Positions 55,301 through 63,486 of a stretch of DNA of 64,000 nt are shown here, in pieces. Made by a program: the position numbers and the translations under genes. The DNA is from a bacterium (GTDB taxonomy: Bacteria; Electryoneota; JAOADG01), in contig OY820579.1 of the NCBI GenBank assembly GCA_963681965.1, positions 672,001-736,000 of the forward strand, read 5' to 3'. The first letter of the stretch is position 1. Every line of letters starts with the position of its first letter. Under the pieces are notes generated by a model. That model was not told the origin of the DNA. It made no database searches and saw only the letters and a list, made by a program, of their open reading frames with translations.

Positions 55301-58090
55301 ATGAATCTCCATCATCGTTTTCTAAATATATCTCTGCTTGCATTCGCGACGACGCTTATTGTCATCCTCACGCTTCTTCTTCCGCAATCGTCTCATGGCG
55401 TATCGGTGCAATCGACCCGATTGCCGCATCCGTTCCAATTCACCGAGAACAAGGGGCAATGGGATTCTGCGGTCGTGTATAAATGCGAGGTGCAGCGCGA
55501 TGGCTTCACCTGGTTCCTTGAGCGCGATGGTGTCACCCTCGTCACGAGCTTAATTGATTCCTCAAAAATGATAGACGCCAGTAGGGGCGGGCTCCCATGC
55601 CCGCCCATCGATCCTTTTTCCAGTAGGGGCGGACCCCCGTGTCCGCCCCCAAGCGGCAACGATGTTGCCGCCGCAGGGGCGTATGGCATACGCCCTGATC
55701 ATGAATCCTTTCCATTAAAATCTCACGCCCTCAAATTCAAATTTGTCGCATCTGGAGGTGGCGCAGGCCTCCGAGCCTGCGAACGTAGGGGCGAACCACA
55801 AAGTGCTCGCCGAAGGCAATCGCATTCGCCCCTATCCGCTCAAGATGCACCAACCAATCTGGGCGCGTCCGCGCCCACAGGGCGAATGCGATTCGCCCCT
55901 ACAGAAAAATATTCGACACAAGAGGATGTCGGAATAAATTCCGACCTTCGAAAATACACTTGCGCGAAATGGATTGATGCACAGGGGGAATTATCGTGGC
56001 ACAACAATTATTTCCTCGGGAATGACTCATCGAAGTGGGCACCGGATTGCCGGAACTTTACGCGCGTAGTGTATCATGATGTCTGGGATAGCATCGATGT
56101 CGAGTGGTATGAGAGCAAAGGTCATCTCGAATTCGATTTCGTGTTTCATCCCGGTGCCGATCCGAAACAAATCAAAATGGTATGTGAGGGATTGGATGCG
56201 CCAGTAGTAGGCGGAGGACGGACACTCTTGTCCGTAGACTCAATTATTTCTGTCACAAACAGGAGTCGGACAGGAGTGTCCGACCTCCTCTTGTCGAATG
56301 AACTGTCACTCATGACCTCCCTCGGTGAACTCCAGATGTCGATTCCGGGAGCCTACCAATCCACTGCGAATGGAACTCGCGGAAACGCTGTCACGGCACA
56401 ATTCAGACTCGTGTCAGAAAATGTCTTCGCCATCGATTTGCCGAATGGGTATGATGCATCGCAAACGCTTCGAATCGATCCGCTGGTGTATTCAACGTAT
56501 TTGGGGGGATCAGGAAACGACAACGTTTCTGGAATTTGCGAGGGTGGAGTCGATGAAGTGATCGTTACCGGTCAGACTAGTAGTAACAACTATCCTACAA
56601 CAGTTGGAGCAATCCAGGGTGGCTTGATGAGTACCTATTGGGATTGCATTATCACAAAATTGAATTATAACACATCTACACTGATTTATAGTACCTATTT
56701 ATCGATGGGCGTTTGGACTCAGGGAATTGGAATCACTAGCGATGGCAGCAATGGCGCGATTATCTGCGGTGCCTGTTACAACACTATTACTCACGTCGAT
56801 GTGATGTATGCAAGAATCAACTCAACCGGTAATCACTTGATATATAGTGGAACATTAATCGGTGGTTCCGACGATTACGGTTATGCCGTTTGTGGCGATG
56901 GGAATGGGGGGGCGACACTCACCGGTCAGGCTACCAATGGATTTCCCCATACATCAGGTGCATATGATACACTGTTTGGTGGTAGTAACGCATTCGTGAC
57001 AAGAATCAATAACGATGGAGTTATCGTATATAGCACTGCTCTTACAATGTCGACTTGCTACGGAATCGCGAGTGACAATAATGGTGGTGTATTTGTCACA
57101 GGTGGTGCTGGCCGCAATTTTCCGACAACACATGATGCTTTTGATACCACCTATAATGGTGGTTGGGATGCTTTCGTCACGCATTTGAATAGTACTGGTT
57201 CTGCTTTATTGTATAGTACTTTTCTAGGTGGATCAGGTAATGAAAAAGCTTCTGGAGCCGATTGTGATGCATCTGGAAATGTATTCGTAACTGGCTATAC
57301 TTCAAGTGGTAATTTTCCAACAACAATAGGGTGTTTTGACTCATCATATAATGGCGGGCAAAATGATTGTTTTATCACAAAAATCAATCTTATGGGTTCG
57401 CAGTTAGAGTATAGTACTTATTTCGGTAGCTCTGGTGGTGACTGGGGTCAAGCAATTTGTTTGGATGATTCTGGTGGATGTACGGTTACAGGTTATACCG
57501 ACAGTACAGATTTTCCAACTTCAACTGGTGCTTTCGACCGTACGTACCATGGTCGTGGCGATTGTTTTATTACTCATCTGAACAGAAATGGGTCGATGAT
57601 TTCTTATAGTACATATTTGGGAGGCTCTATCAATGATATGGGGTACGGAATAATGAAGAGTGGTTCTGATAGAGTCATAGTAGCTGGAATAACCAATAGT
57701 CCTGAATTTCCACGCACAACGGGAGCTTTTGATACAGTTTATCATGATAGTTATGACTGTTTCATTACTCAACTTAGATTGACTCCAGATTCAAATGAGG
57801 CTGTAATAGAGAATCATTTGATACCAACAGGTGTTTCTCTCTCACATAACTACCCGAATCCATTCAATTCCTCCACCACGCTCTCTTATTCGCTTCCGCA
57901 CGCTTCGATGGTTGAGCTGAAGTTGTTCGATCTCACCGGTCGCGAAATCTTGACGCTCGTAAATCAAAGACAGAATGCGGGTAGTTATCGCATTCATTTC
58001 GATGGTTCTCATTTAACATCAGGTACCTATTTTCTCCGCATGAAAGCTGGTCAATTTTCTCAAACTCGAAAGATTGTCCTGCTCAAATAA
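55301..58090 (+). CDS. Secreted SBBP-repeat beta-propeller protein (DUF7948-like N-domain, T9SS CTD) with in-frame REP insertions
   Basis: FTENKGQW...NYFLGND..KW...LEFDFVFHPGADP...LRIDPLVYSTYLGGSG N-domain; YSTYLGG and FPTT.GAFD repeats; NYPNPFNSST CTD; GGAGG RBS. Confidence 0.9.
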   Translation: MNLHHRFLNISLLAFATTLIVILTLLLPQSSHGVSVQSTRLPHPFQFTENKGQWDSAVVYKCEVQRDGFTWFLERDGVTLVTSLIDSSKMIDASRGGLPCPPIDPFSSRGGPPCPPPSGNDVAAAGAYGIRPDHESFPLKSHALKFKFVASGGGAGLRACERRGEPQSARRRQSHSPLSAQDAPTNLGASAPTGRMRFAPTEKYSTQEDVGINSDLRKYTCAKWIDAQGELSWHNNYFLGNDSSKWAPDCRNFTRVVYHDVWDSIDVEWYESKGHLEFDFVFHPGADPKQIKMVCEGLDAPVVGGGRTLLSVDSIISVTNRSRTGVSDLLLSNELSLMTSLGELQMSIPGAYQSTANGTRGNAVTAQFRLVSENVFAIDLPNGYDASQTLRIDPLVYSTYLGGSGNDNVSGICEGGVDEVIVTGQTSSNNYPTTVGAIQGGLMSTYWDCIITKLNYNTSTLIYSTYLSMGVWTQGIGITSDGSNGAIICGACYNTITHVDVMYARINSTGNHLIYSGTLIGGSDDYGYAVCGDGNGGATLTGQATNGFPHTSGAYDTLFGGSNAFVTRINNDGVIVYSTALTMSTCYGIASDNNGGVFVTGGAGRNFPTTHDAFDTTYNGGWDAFVTHLNSTGSALLYSTFLGGSGNEKASGADCDASGNVFVTGYTSSGNFPTTIGCFDSSYNGGQNDCFITKINLMGSQLEYSTYFGSSGGDWGQAICLDDSGGCTVTGYTDSTDFPTSTGAFDRTYHGRGDCFITHLNRNGSMISYSTYLGGSINDMGYGIMKSGSDRVIVAGITNSPEFPRTTGAFDTVYHDSYDCFITQLRLTPDSNEAVIENHLIPTGVSLSHNYPNPFNSSTTLSYSLPHASMVELKLFDLTGREILTLVNQRQNAGSYRIHFDGSHLTSGTYFLRMKAGQFSQTRKIVLLK
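55581..55696. repeat. Intragenic REP block 1 (four hairpins)
   Basis: GTAG-GGGCGGGC/GCCCGCCC (55581-55606); GTAG-GGGCGGAC/GTCCGCCC (55623-55648); GCGGCAAC/GTTGCCGC (55653-55671); GCAG-GGGCGTAT/ATACGCCC (55673-55695). Confidence 0.85.
55757..55947. repeat. Intragenic REP block 2 (five hairpins or doublets)
   Basis: GTGG-CGCAGGC/GCCTGCG (55758-55781); TAGGGGCGAA...TTCGCCCCTA doublet (55786-55834); TGGGCGCG/CGCGCCCA (55860-55877); GGGCGAAT/ATTCGCCC-CTAC (55880-55902); GTCGGAAT/ATTCCGAC (55928-55945). Confidence 0.85.
56213..56288. repeat. Intragenic REP block 3 (inverted GGAG-type doublet, REPIN-like)
   Basis: GGAG-GACGGACACTCTTGTCCGT facing GTCGGACAGGAGTGTCCGAC-CTCC. Confidence 0.8.
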
Positions 58091-58212
58091 TCAGTCCCAA
58101 CAGTTCACTCTCGACGATGTTTCAAGGTTAAACAACCATGAGTAGCAGGAGGATATTTTTGCATTGCCGGTACCGTGAACTGCGGTCTTTCGATACCTGC
58201 GTGAGGCGCGCT

Positions 58213-58266
58213 AAAAAAATGAAAACGGTACGAGATAGCTCCGTTACGAGTTCTCATACCGTTCTC
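58213..58266 (-). terminator. Terminator downstream of tRNA-Pro
   Basis: AACGGTACGAGA...TCTCATACCGTT imperfect long stem, with A-runs on the + strand left side (U-tract on the minus strand). Confidence 0.6.
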
Positions 58267-58303
58267 AATATGTATTTGGAGGTGTTATCACCTCATTCGA
58301 AAA

Positions 58304-58380
58304 TGGTCGGGGAGACTGGATTTGAACCAGCGACCCTCTGCTCCCAAAGCAGATGCGCTACCGGGCTGCGCTACTCCCCG
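58304..58380 (-). tRNA. tRNA-Pro (UGG)
   Basis: Minus strand CGGGGAGTAGCGCAGCCCGGTAGCGCATCTGCTTTGGGAGCAGAGGGTCGCTGGTTCAAATCCAGTCTCCCCGACCA: 77 nt, full cloverleaf, encoded CCA. Confidence 0.97.
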
Positions 58381-58406
58381 AAAAAGGGTATTCAACAAAA
58401 TATCAA

Positions 58407-58671
58407 GCTGGGAACCAGCGACCAAAGAAACTCCCGAAAGCAGATGCGCTACCGGGCTGCGCTATTCCCCTGAAAAACAGGTGTTGGGTGATAGGGCTTG
58501 GGGGCTGGGAAAGAACTAAAAGATCGAACCAGCGTCCCTCAGAAAACCCCGAATGCTGATGCGCTACCGAGCTACGCTATTCCCCTGAAAAACAGGTGTT
58601 GGGTGATAGGGTTTGGGGACTGGGAAAGAACAAAAGATCGAACTAGCGTCCCTCAGAAAACCCTGACAGCA
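58407..58671 (-). repeat. Tandem ~114-115 bp repeats containing decayed tRNA-Pro copies
   Basis: GAAC(C/T)AGCG recurs at 58324 (tRNA), 58412, 58526 and 58640; GATGCGCTACCG(G/A)GCT(G/A)CGCTATTCCCC at 58443 and 58558; shared G-rich linker. Confidence 0.85.
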
Positions 58672-58904
58672 GTTGTTTGATTACACCGCTTCACCAATTA
58701 TCAGCGAGTGAAGATAACAAAGATCGCCAGCATCTGCAAGAATTCGATTATTATTGGTATTCAAACCCCAATTTTACTTTATAAGTGATCCTTGATGTTT
58801 GAGAAAAAAATAACTTGATCGCTTTCTATTGATATATCGCACACCATTTGCTATTATCCGATAAATAATTTAACCCGCAACTTCACTTAAAAATTGGGAA
58901 GATT

Positions 58905-59279
58905 ATGCCGTGGCAAGCGTCTTTTAACCAATCGTTACAGTGTGTAGAGTTAGTCTACAGTCAAATTGTCACTCCCAAAGAATTGAACGACGCTTTTCTC
59001 GAAGCCGTTCAGATCTTAAGTGATCACAATTCGCGCAATGTCCTCGCCGATTGTTCCGAAATGGTCGGTGGGCATTCAATGGTGGATCTCTATTATTTGA
59101 TTGATCTATATCAATCGGTAGGGCTGCGACACGACATGCGAGAGGCGATCGTGTTACCATCGCTGCAGGCAACGGCAAGTGAAGTGAAATTCTACGAAGT
59201 GGCTTGTTTGAATCGCGGATACCACGTCAAACTCTTTAAGTCCAGAGAGCTTGCAACACAGTGGTTATCGAAAGTATAA
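58905..59279 (+). CDS. Hypothetical protein (possibly STAS/SEC14-like small alpha/beta domain)
   Basis: 124-aa ORF with GGGAAG RBS; pattern VLADCS...REAIVLP...FYEVACLNRGYHVKLFKSRELATQWL. Confidence 0.7.
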   Translation: MPWQASFNQSLQCVELVYSQIVTPKELNDAFLEAVQILSDHNSRNVLADCSEMVGGHSMVDLYYLIDLYQSVGLRHDMREAIVLPSLQATASEVKFYEVACLNRGYHVKLFKSRELATQWLSKV

Positions 59280-59398
59280 CTTTACAGATCCGACGGTTCA
59301 ATCCCAATAAATTCAACGTACAGATCTTCGATTTATTCAACTTTCCCGGCTTTATTTGTCGATAATTTAAGTACTTGTTCAAAAAACAGCCGACCCAA

Positions 59399-59701
59399 TT
59401 ATACAAAGAAGATTTTTGATATCTTTCCCGGAGCATAGTCATTCACCAATTTTAGCAGTTGCGAGCGTTTTTCCTCGGCAACGTGGCGCCAGGCATCACT
59501 GTCGAACTGAAGTGTAAGTCGTCCGTTTAAATATTCGATTCCCTTAATATGAGGGGAAAAATGTCCAAAAATCTGATCTTTTTCTGCTTTTAACCGCGAA
59601 GCAAATACTCCATCGAATAACCCGTATTTTTCCAAAGTTTGATCGATTACCGAACTTAAATTAACGGTTCGATTTGCTCGACTCTTTCGGGAATATGCCA
59701 T
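59399..59701 (-). CDS. DUF721/DciA-like helicase-loading protein
   Basis: LSSVIDQTLEKYGL...IFG...NGRLTLQFDSDAWR...LLKLVN...ISKIFF resembles DUF721; lies beside oriC. Confidence 0.7.
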   Translation of the reverse strand: MAYSRKSRANRTVNLSSVIDQTLEKYGLFDGVFASRLKAEKDQIFGHFSPHIKGIEYLNGRLTLQFDSDAWRHVAEEKRSQLLKLVNDYAPGKISKIFFV

Positions 59702-59789
59702 CTTTCACCACTTTTTTCATTTCTTCGAGAGTAACTTGTTCGAATAGTAATTGCAAATTTACTGATGTATCTTGAAGACTTGATAGAGT

Positions 59790-60100
59790 ATGTGGAAACG
59801 ACTATCTTTCAAGCCAATGCATGGTTTTCCACATGTTTTCCACAATTAGCGGATAAATGAGTGGATAAGCGTGTATAAAACCCATTTTTTCCACAACTCT
59901 AAGAGTCTGAGGGGATAAACCAACGAGTAATTCAACTCTATCCACAATGGTATCCACATTGAGGATAACTTATTATTACTCGTAACCAAAGAAAAAATGT
60001 GGCACTAGTGATAACTTATAATAGTTATCCCCGCAATTCACCGATATACTCTTCCTCCTCTTTTTTATATCTTTAGAGAGAAGAGTAAGAAAAGAAACTA
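59790..60100. promoter_or_regulatory. oriC: Chromosomal replication origin (oriC)
   Basis: About 12 DnaA-box-like 9-mers, e.g. TTTTCCACA 59825/59836/59887, AGTGGATAA 59860, CTATCCACA 59938, GTATCCACA 59950, TGAGGATAA 59960, TTATCCCCG 60025; then TAC-TCT-TCC-TCC-TCT trios (60047-60061) and an AT-rich tract directly before dnaN. Confidence 0.88.
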
Positions 60101-60138
60101 GCAAAATAACTGATCCGATTTTCCGGAGGATAAACCCA

Positions 60139-61260
60139 ATGCGATTTTCCGTTCCTCAAGACCGTTTTTTGACAGCATTGGAGCGAGCAGCTTCAGTCGT
60201 ACCATCGAAAACTACGATGCCGATTCTACGAACGGTACATGTTGCCGTTGCAAATAATGAACTGGCAATCTCGGCGACCGATCTTGAGTTGATCGTTACC
60301 AGTCGTGTTACAGCCGACACTGCGGAAGATGGATTGGCAGTTATTCCGGCAAAACGACTGGTTGATTTAGCACGCGCATTGCAATCGGATCTTCCGGTTC
60401 GCGTCGAAGACGAAGCTGGTCACTATATGGTGATTCATGCCGGTCAAGGACGTTTTCGCATCGCCGGTGAAGAACCATCGTTGTTCCCGCAACTACCGAC
60501 GTTGCCACCGGAACCGGTCCTCAAAGTTCCTGCAAATAAATTAAAACGGATTATCGAAAAAACATTGTTTGCAGTTGCCACCGATGAATTGCGTCCAGTA
60601 TTGAATGGTGTTTTATTTCAGTTAAAATCCGGCAAATTGCGAATCGTCGCAACCGATGGACACCGGCTTGTTCGCTGGGTCGATGCATCGACGCAATATC
60701 AGGCTCCCGATTTCGATTGGATCGTTCCGAAGCGTGCACTGGAAGTTCTCAACAAGATGGTCGACGGCAAAGAAAATCTGATGGTAGAAGTTTTCCATGC
60801 CCAGAATCAACTTCACTTCAAACAGGATTCAATTGTCTTATCGACCCGATTGATCGAAGGTAAATTCCCGATGTTCGATTCGGTAATTCCATCGAATAAT
60901 CCAAATCACATGATGGCAGATGTAAAGCAGTTTGCTGCTGCCGTAAGACGAGTGTCGGTGTTCTCGGGTTCGTTGACGAAACACATCCGGATGGATCTCA
61001 AACCGGGTGAAATTATCTTGCAAGCGGAAGACCCGGAAGGGGTTGGACGCGGTATGGAACCGCTCGCTGTCGAGTACAGCGGTGAAGCTTTCACGATCGG
61101 ATACAACTCGGCATTCCTCGAGAAGATTTTGTCACAGGTCGATAGCTCACATGTGAAATTTGAGTTATCGGGACCGAGTGGCGCCGGGGTTGTTCGACCG
61201 ACGGAACAATTGGATGGCGAAGATTTATTGATGTTGTTAATGCCTGTTCGATTGAGCTAA
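60139..61260 (+). CDS. dnaN: DNA polymerase III beta sliding clamp
   Basis: SATDLE, RPVLNGV, VATDGHRL, RLIEGKFP and LLMPVRL motifs; GGAGG RBS. Confidence 0.98.
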   Translation: MRFSVPQDRFLTALERAASVVPSKTTMPILRTVHVAVANNELAISATDLELIVTSRVTADTAEDGLAVIPAKRLVDLARALQSDLPVRVEDEAGHYMVIHAGQGRFRIAGEEPSLFPQLPTLPPEPVLKVPANKLKRIIEKTLFAVATDELRPVLNGVLFQLKSGKLRIVATDGHRLVRWVDASTQYQAPDFDWIVPKRALEVLNKMVDGKENLMVEVFHAQNQLHFKQDSIVLSTRLIEGKFPMFDSVIPSNNPNHMMADVKQFAAAVRRVSVFSGSLTKHIRMDLKPGEIILQAEDPEGVGRGMEPLAVEYSGEAFTIGYNSAFLEKILSQVDSSHVKFELSGPSGAGVVRPTEQLDGEDLLMLLMPVRLS

Positions 61261-61261
61261 T

Positions 61262-61432
61262 ATGTTGAATATTTCCGTGAAGAACCAGAAAGCAGTCGAA
61301 ACGGGAGTTGGGTTTGGTACTGCTTTGGCGATTTGTATTTCGTGGTCGCTGAACCACTCCGTGATCTGGGCGATTATTCACGGCATACTTACTTGGTTTT
61401 ATGTACTTTACTATATTTTCTTTCTAAGGTAG
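61262..61432 (+). CDS. Small (56 aa) hydrophobic membrane protein, missing from ORF track
   Basis: MLNISVKNQKAVETGVGFGTALAICISWSLNHSVIWAIIHGILTWFYVLYYIFFLR*; fills the gap exactly between the dnaN stop and the next start. Confidence 0.8.
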   Translation: MLNISVKNQKAVETGVGFGTALAICISWSLNHSVIWAIIHGILTWFYVLYYIFFLR

Positions 61433-61435
61433 ATT

Positions 61436-61933
61436 ATGCGCAATCAGATTCTCTGTATCGTTATCGGATTGTTGGCTGTCGGTGTGGTTTTTTCACAACC
61501 GGCACCAATCGAAATTACCAGCGACAAATTACCCGATTCGATTAAAACAATTTCCGGACCCGACGGCAGAATCCTAGCCGATAATTGCCCGGTACTTGCG
61601 ATCAGGATGAAAAACGAAAAACCAGGAATTCCGGTAGCTGGAAAAGGAATCGCTAAAGATGAAATGGTCATTACAAAATCGGCGATCAACCAGTACAAAA
61701 CCTCACCGGGCGGAATTTATTTTACCATGACGGCGGCTGATTACGATGAGTATTTTGTTCCGACTCAAGCGATGAAAAAAGAGAAGATTATCTTTCGAGT
61801 GTTCGATCGACCGGATACCACATTTCCTGCCGGGATGATGTATGCCGATAGTCCGATTTACGAAGTTCCATCGGGACCGGCATCGATCGATCAACTGCAT
61901 TTTGGCGACTGGAAAAAAATACCTGCGAAATAA
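61436..61933 (+). CDS. Hypothetical secreted protein
   Basis: 165-aa ORF with signal peptide (MRNQILCIVIGLLAVGVVFS-Q); no recognised domain. Confidence 0.75.
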   Translation: MRNQILCIVIGLLAVGVVFSQPAPIEITSDKLPDSIKTISGPDGRILADNCPVLAIRMKNEKPGIPVAGKGIAKDEMVITKSAINQYKTSPGGIYFTMTAADYDEYFVPTQAMKKEKIIFRVFDRPDTTFPAGMMYADSPIYEVPSGPASIDQLHFGDWKKIPAK

Positions 61934-62040
61934 GCAGTCGTTTCTTTTTACGAGTATATTTTATTAAACATATTGTTTATAAGAGTTTTAGAAAATTGAC
62001 GACTGCTGGGTCGTCTTTTTTTTCATCTGAAGAGACTGCA

Positions 62041-63417
62041 ATGAAGTTACCGGAATTGAACGATACGATTTGTGCGTTGGCAACGCCGTTAGGTCATTCG
62101 GCGCTTGCAGTAATCCGCTTGAGTGGTCCTCAATCGTTTGCGATTACCGACGCCATTTGCAATCGCCCGGTTTCCCATACAAAAGGTAATCGTCAATTTT
62201 TTCGGAAACTTCTTGACCGCGACGGTACTATTCTCGATCAGGCAGTTATCTTAACATTTCATGCGCCACACAGTTTTACCGGACAGGATGCGGTCGAATT
62301 CTCGCTTCATGGATCTCCGTTACTTATTGAAAAAACAATAAATAGGCTATTAGAGTGTGGCGCAAGAAGCGCCGCTCCTGGTGAATTTTCGCTCCGGGCG
62401 TTCTGGAATGGAAAAATTAGCCTTGATCAAGCTGAAGGGATCGCAGCGCTGATATCTGCTCAAGATGATGTTTCGCGAGTCAGTGCGTTGCGGCTATTGG
62501 AAGGTGAGGTAGGTCAGCATACACAGTCAGTTTACAATGATTTGACTGCTTTGATTGCCAAGCTTGAACTCGAACTCGATTTCAGTGAAGAGGATGTGCC
62601 GCTCTATCCAACAATAGTAATTATTTCGCAAATTGAAGCCATCATTCAATTTATCAATAAGTTAACTGCGACATCGCAACGTACGAAGAATGCTGCCGAT
62701 GGAATACGCATTGCGATCGCCGGACCACCGAATGTCGGTAAATCGTCGCTGTTAAACCGGTTGTTGGCGCGTGACCGGGCAATCGTTTCGCATATCCCGG
62801 GAACAACGCGCGATGTGGTTGAAGGTGAAATTCACCTTGCAGGTCGGCAAGTAAAGCTTTATGATACCGCAGGTATTCGACATACTGAAGATGAAGTCGA
62901 GCGGGAAGGGGTTAAACGGAGTCGGCATGTTCACAAAAATGCCGATTTGGTGCTATGGCTTCAGCAAGCTGATCGCGTCGGTGATCTGGAAAATCTTGAG
63001 ACCGAAACCGCCAAAACGCGCTGGATTATTCTGAATAAAATCGATTTAATTGATTCTGAACAACGTAAACAACTTCGGAAACAATTAAAAAAGGTCGTAT
63101 ACCCAAAGATTTACTTGTCAGCGAAAACTGGAATTGGGATTTCAGTATTATTACAGCAGTTAGAGCTGTGGATAACTCAGAATTATTCATCTTCATCTGA
63201 TTCGATTGTTCCGCTCAATAGTCGGCACGAGAAGCTATACTTCAGCGCGAAGAAATCTCTACAGTCAGCAAAATCAAACAGTTCCAAAAATGCTGCGATA
63301 GAAATCGTGGTGGAAGACCTTCGAGCGGGACTTTCGTATTTATCAGAGATTACCGGCGAAAACGTAAATGAATCGGTGTTAAGTAAAATATTTTCAGGGT
63401 TTTGTATTGGTAAATAA
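62041..63417 (+). CDS. mnmE: tRNA uridine-34 modification GTPase
   Basis: DTICALATP, IRLSGP, PHSFTGQD, GPPNVGKSSLLN, PGTTRD, DTAGIR, NKID and C-terminal FCIGK. Confidence 0.97.
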   Translation: MKLPELNDTICALATPLGHSALAVIRLSGPQSFAITDAICNRPVSHTKGNRQFFRKLLDRDGTILDQAVILTFHAPHSFTGQDAVEFSLHGSPLLIEKTINRLLECGARSAAPGEFSLRAFWNGKISLDQAEGIAALISAQDDVSRVSALRLLEGEVGQHTQSVYNDLTALIAKLELELDFSEEDVPLYPTIVIISQIEAIIQFINKLTATSQRTKNAADGIRIAIAGPPNVGKSSLLNRLLARDRAIVSHIPGTTRDVVEGEIHLAGRQVKLYDTAGIRHTEDEVEREGVKRSRHVHKNADLVLWLQQADRVGDLENLETETAKTRWIILNKIDLIDSEQRKQLRKQLKKVVYPKIYLSAKTGIGISVLLQQLELWITQNYSSSSDSIVPLNSRHEKLYFSAKKSLQSAKSNSSKNAAIEIVVEDLRAGLSYLSEITGENVNESVLSKIFSGFCIGK

Positions 63418-63421
63418 TTGT

Positions 63422-63437
63422 TGTTTCACGTGAAACG
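63422..63437. other. parS: parS site 1
   Basis: TGTTTCACGTGAAACG, 15/16 match to the consensus TGTTTCACGTGAAACA. Confidence 0.92.
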
Positions 63438-63459
63438 GGATTTGTAGGGGTGTTAATAA

Positions 63460-63475
63460 CGTTCCACGTGAAACA
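63460..63475. other. parS: parS site 2
   Basis: CGTTCCACGTGAAACA, matching tGTTNCACGTGAAACa. Confidence 0.9.
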
Positions 63476-63486
63476 GGGAGATTGGT

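Noticed and set aside
58304-58671. CRISPR array or prophage/island att site at tRNA-Pro
   Set aside because: The linkers are repeated rather than unique, and there are no cas genes. The duplicated parts lack the tRNA 3' end and lie 5' of the gene, and no integrase occurs in the window.
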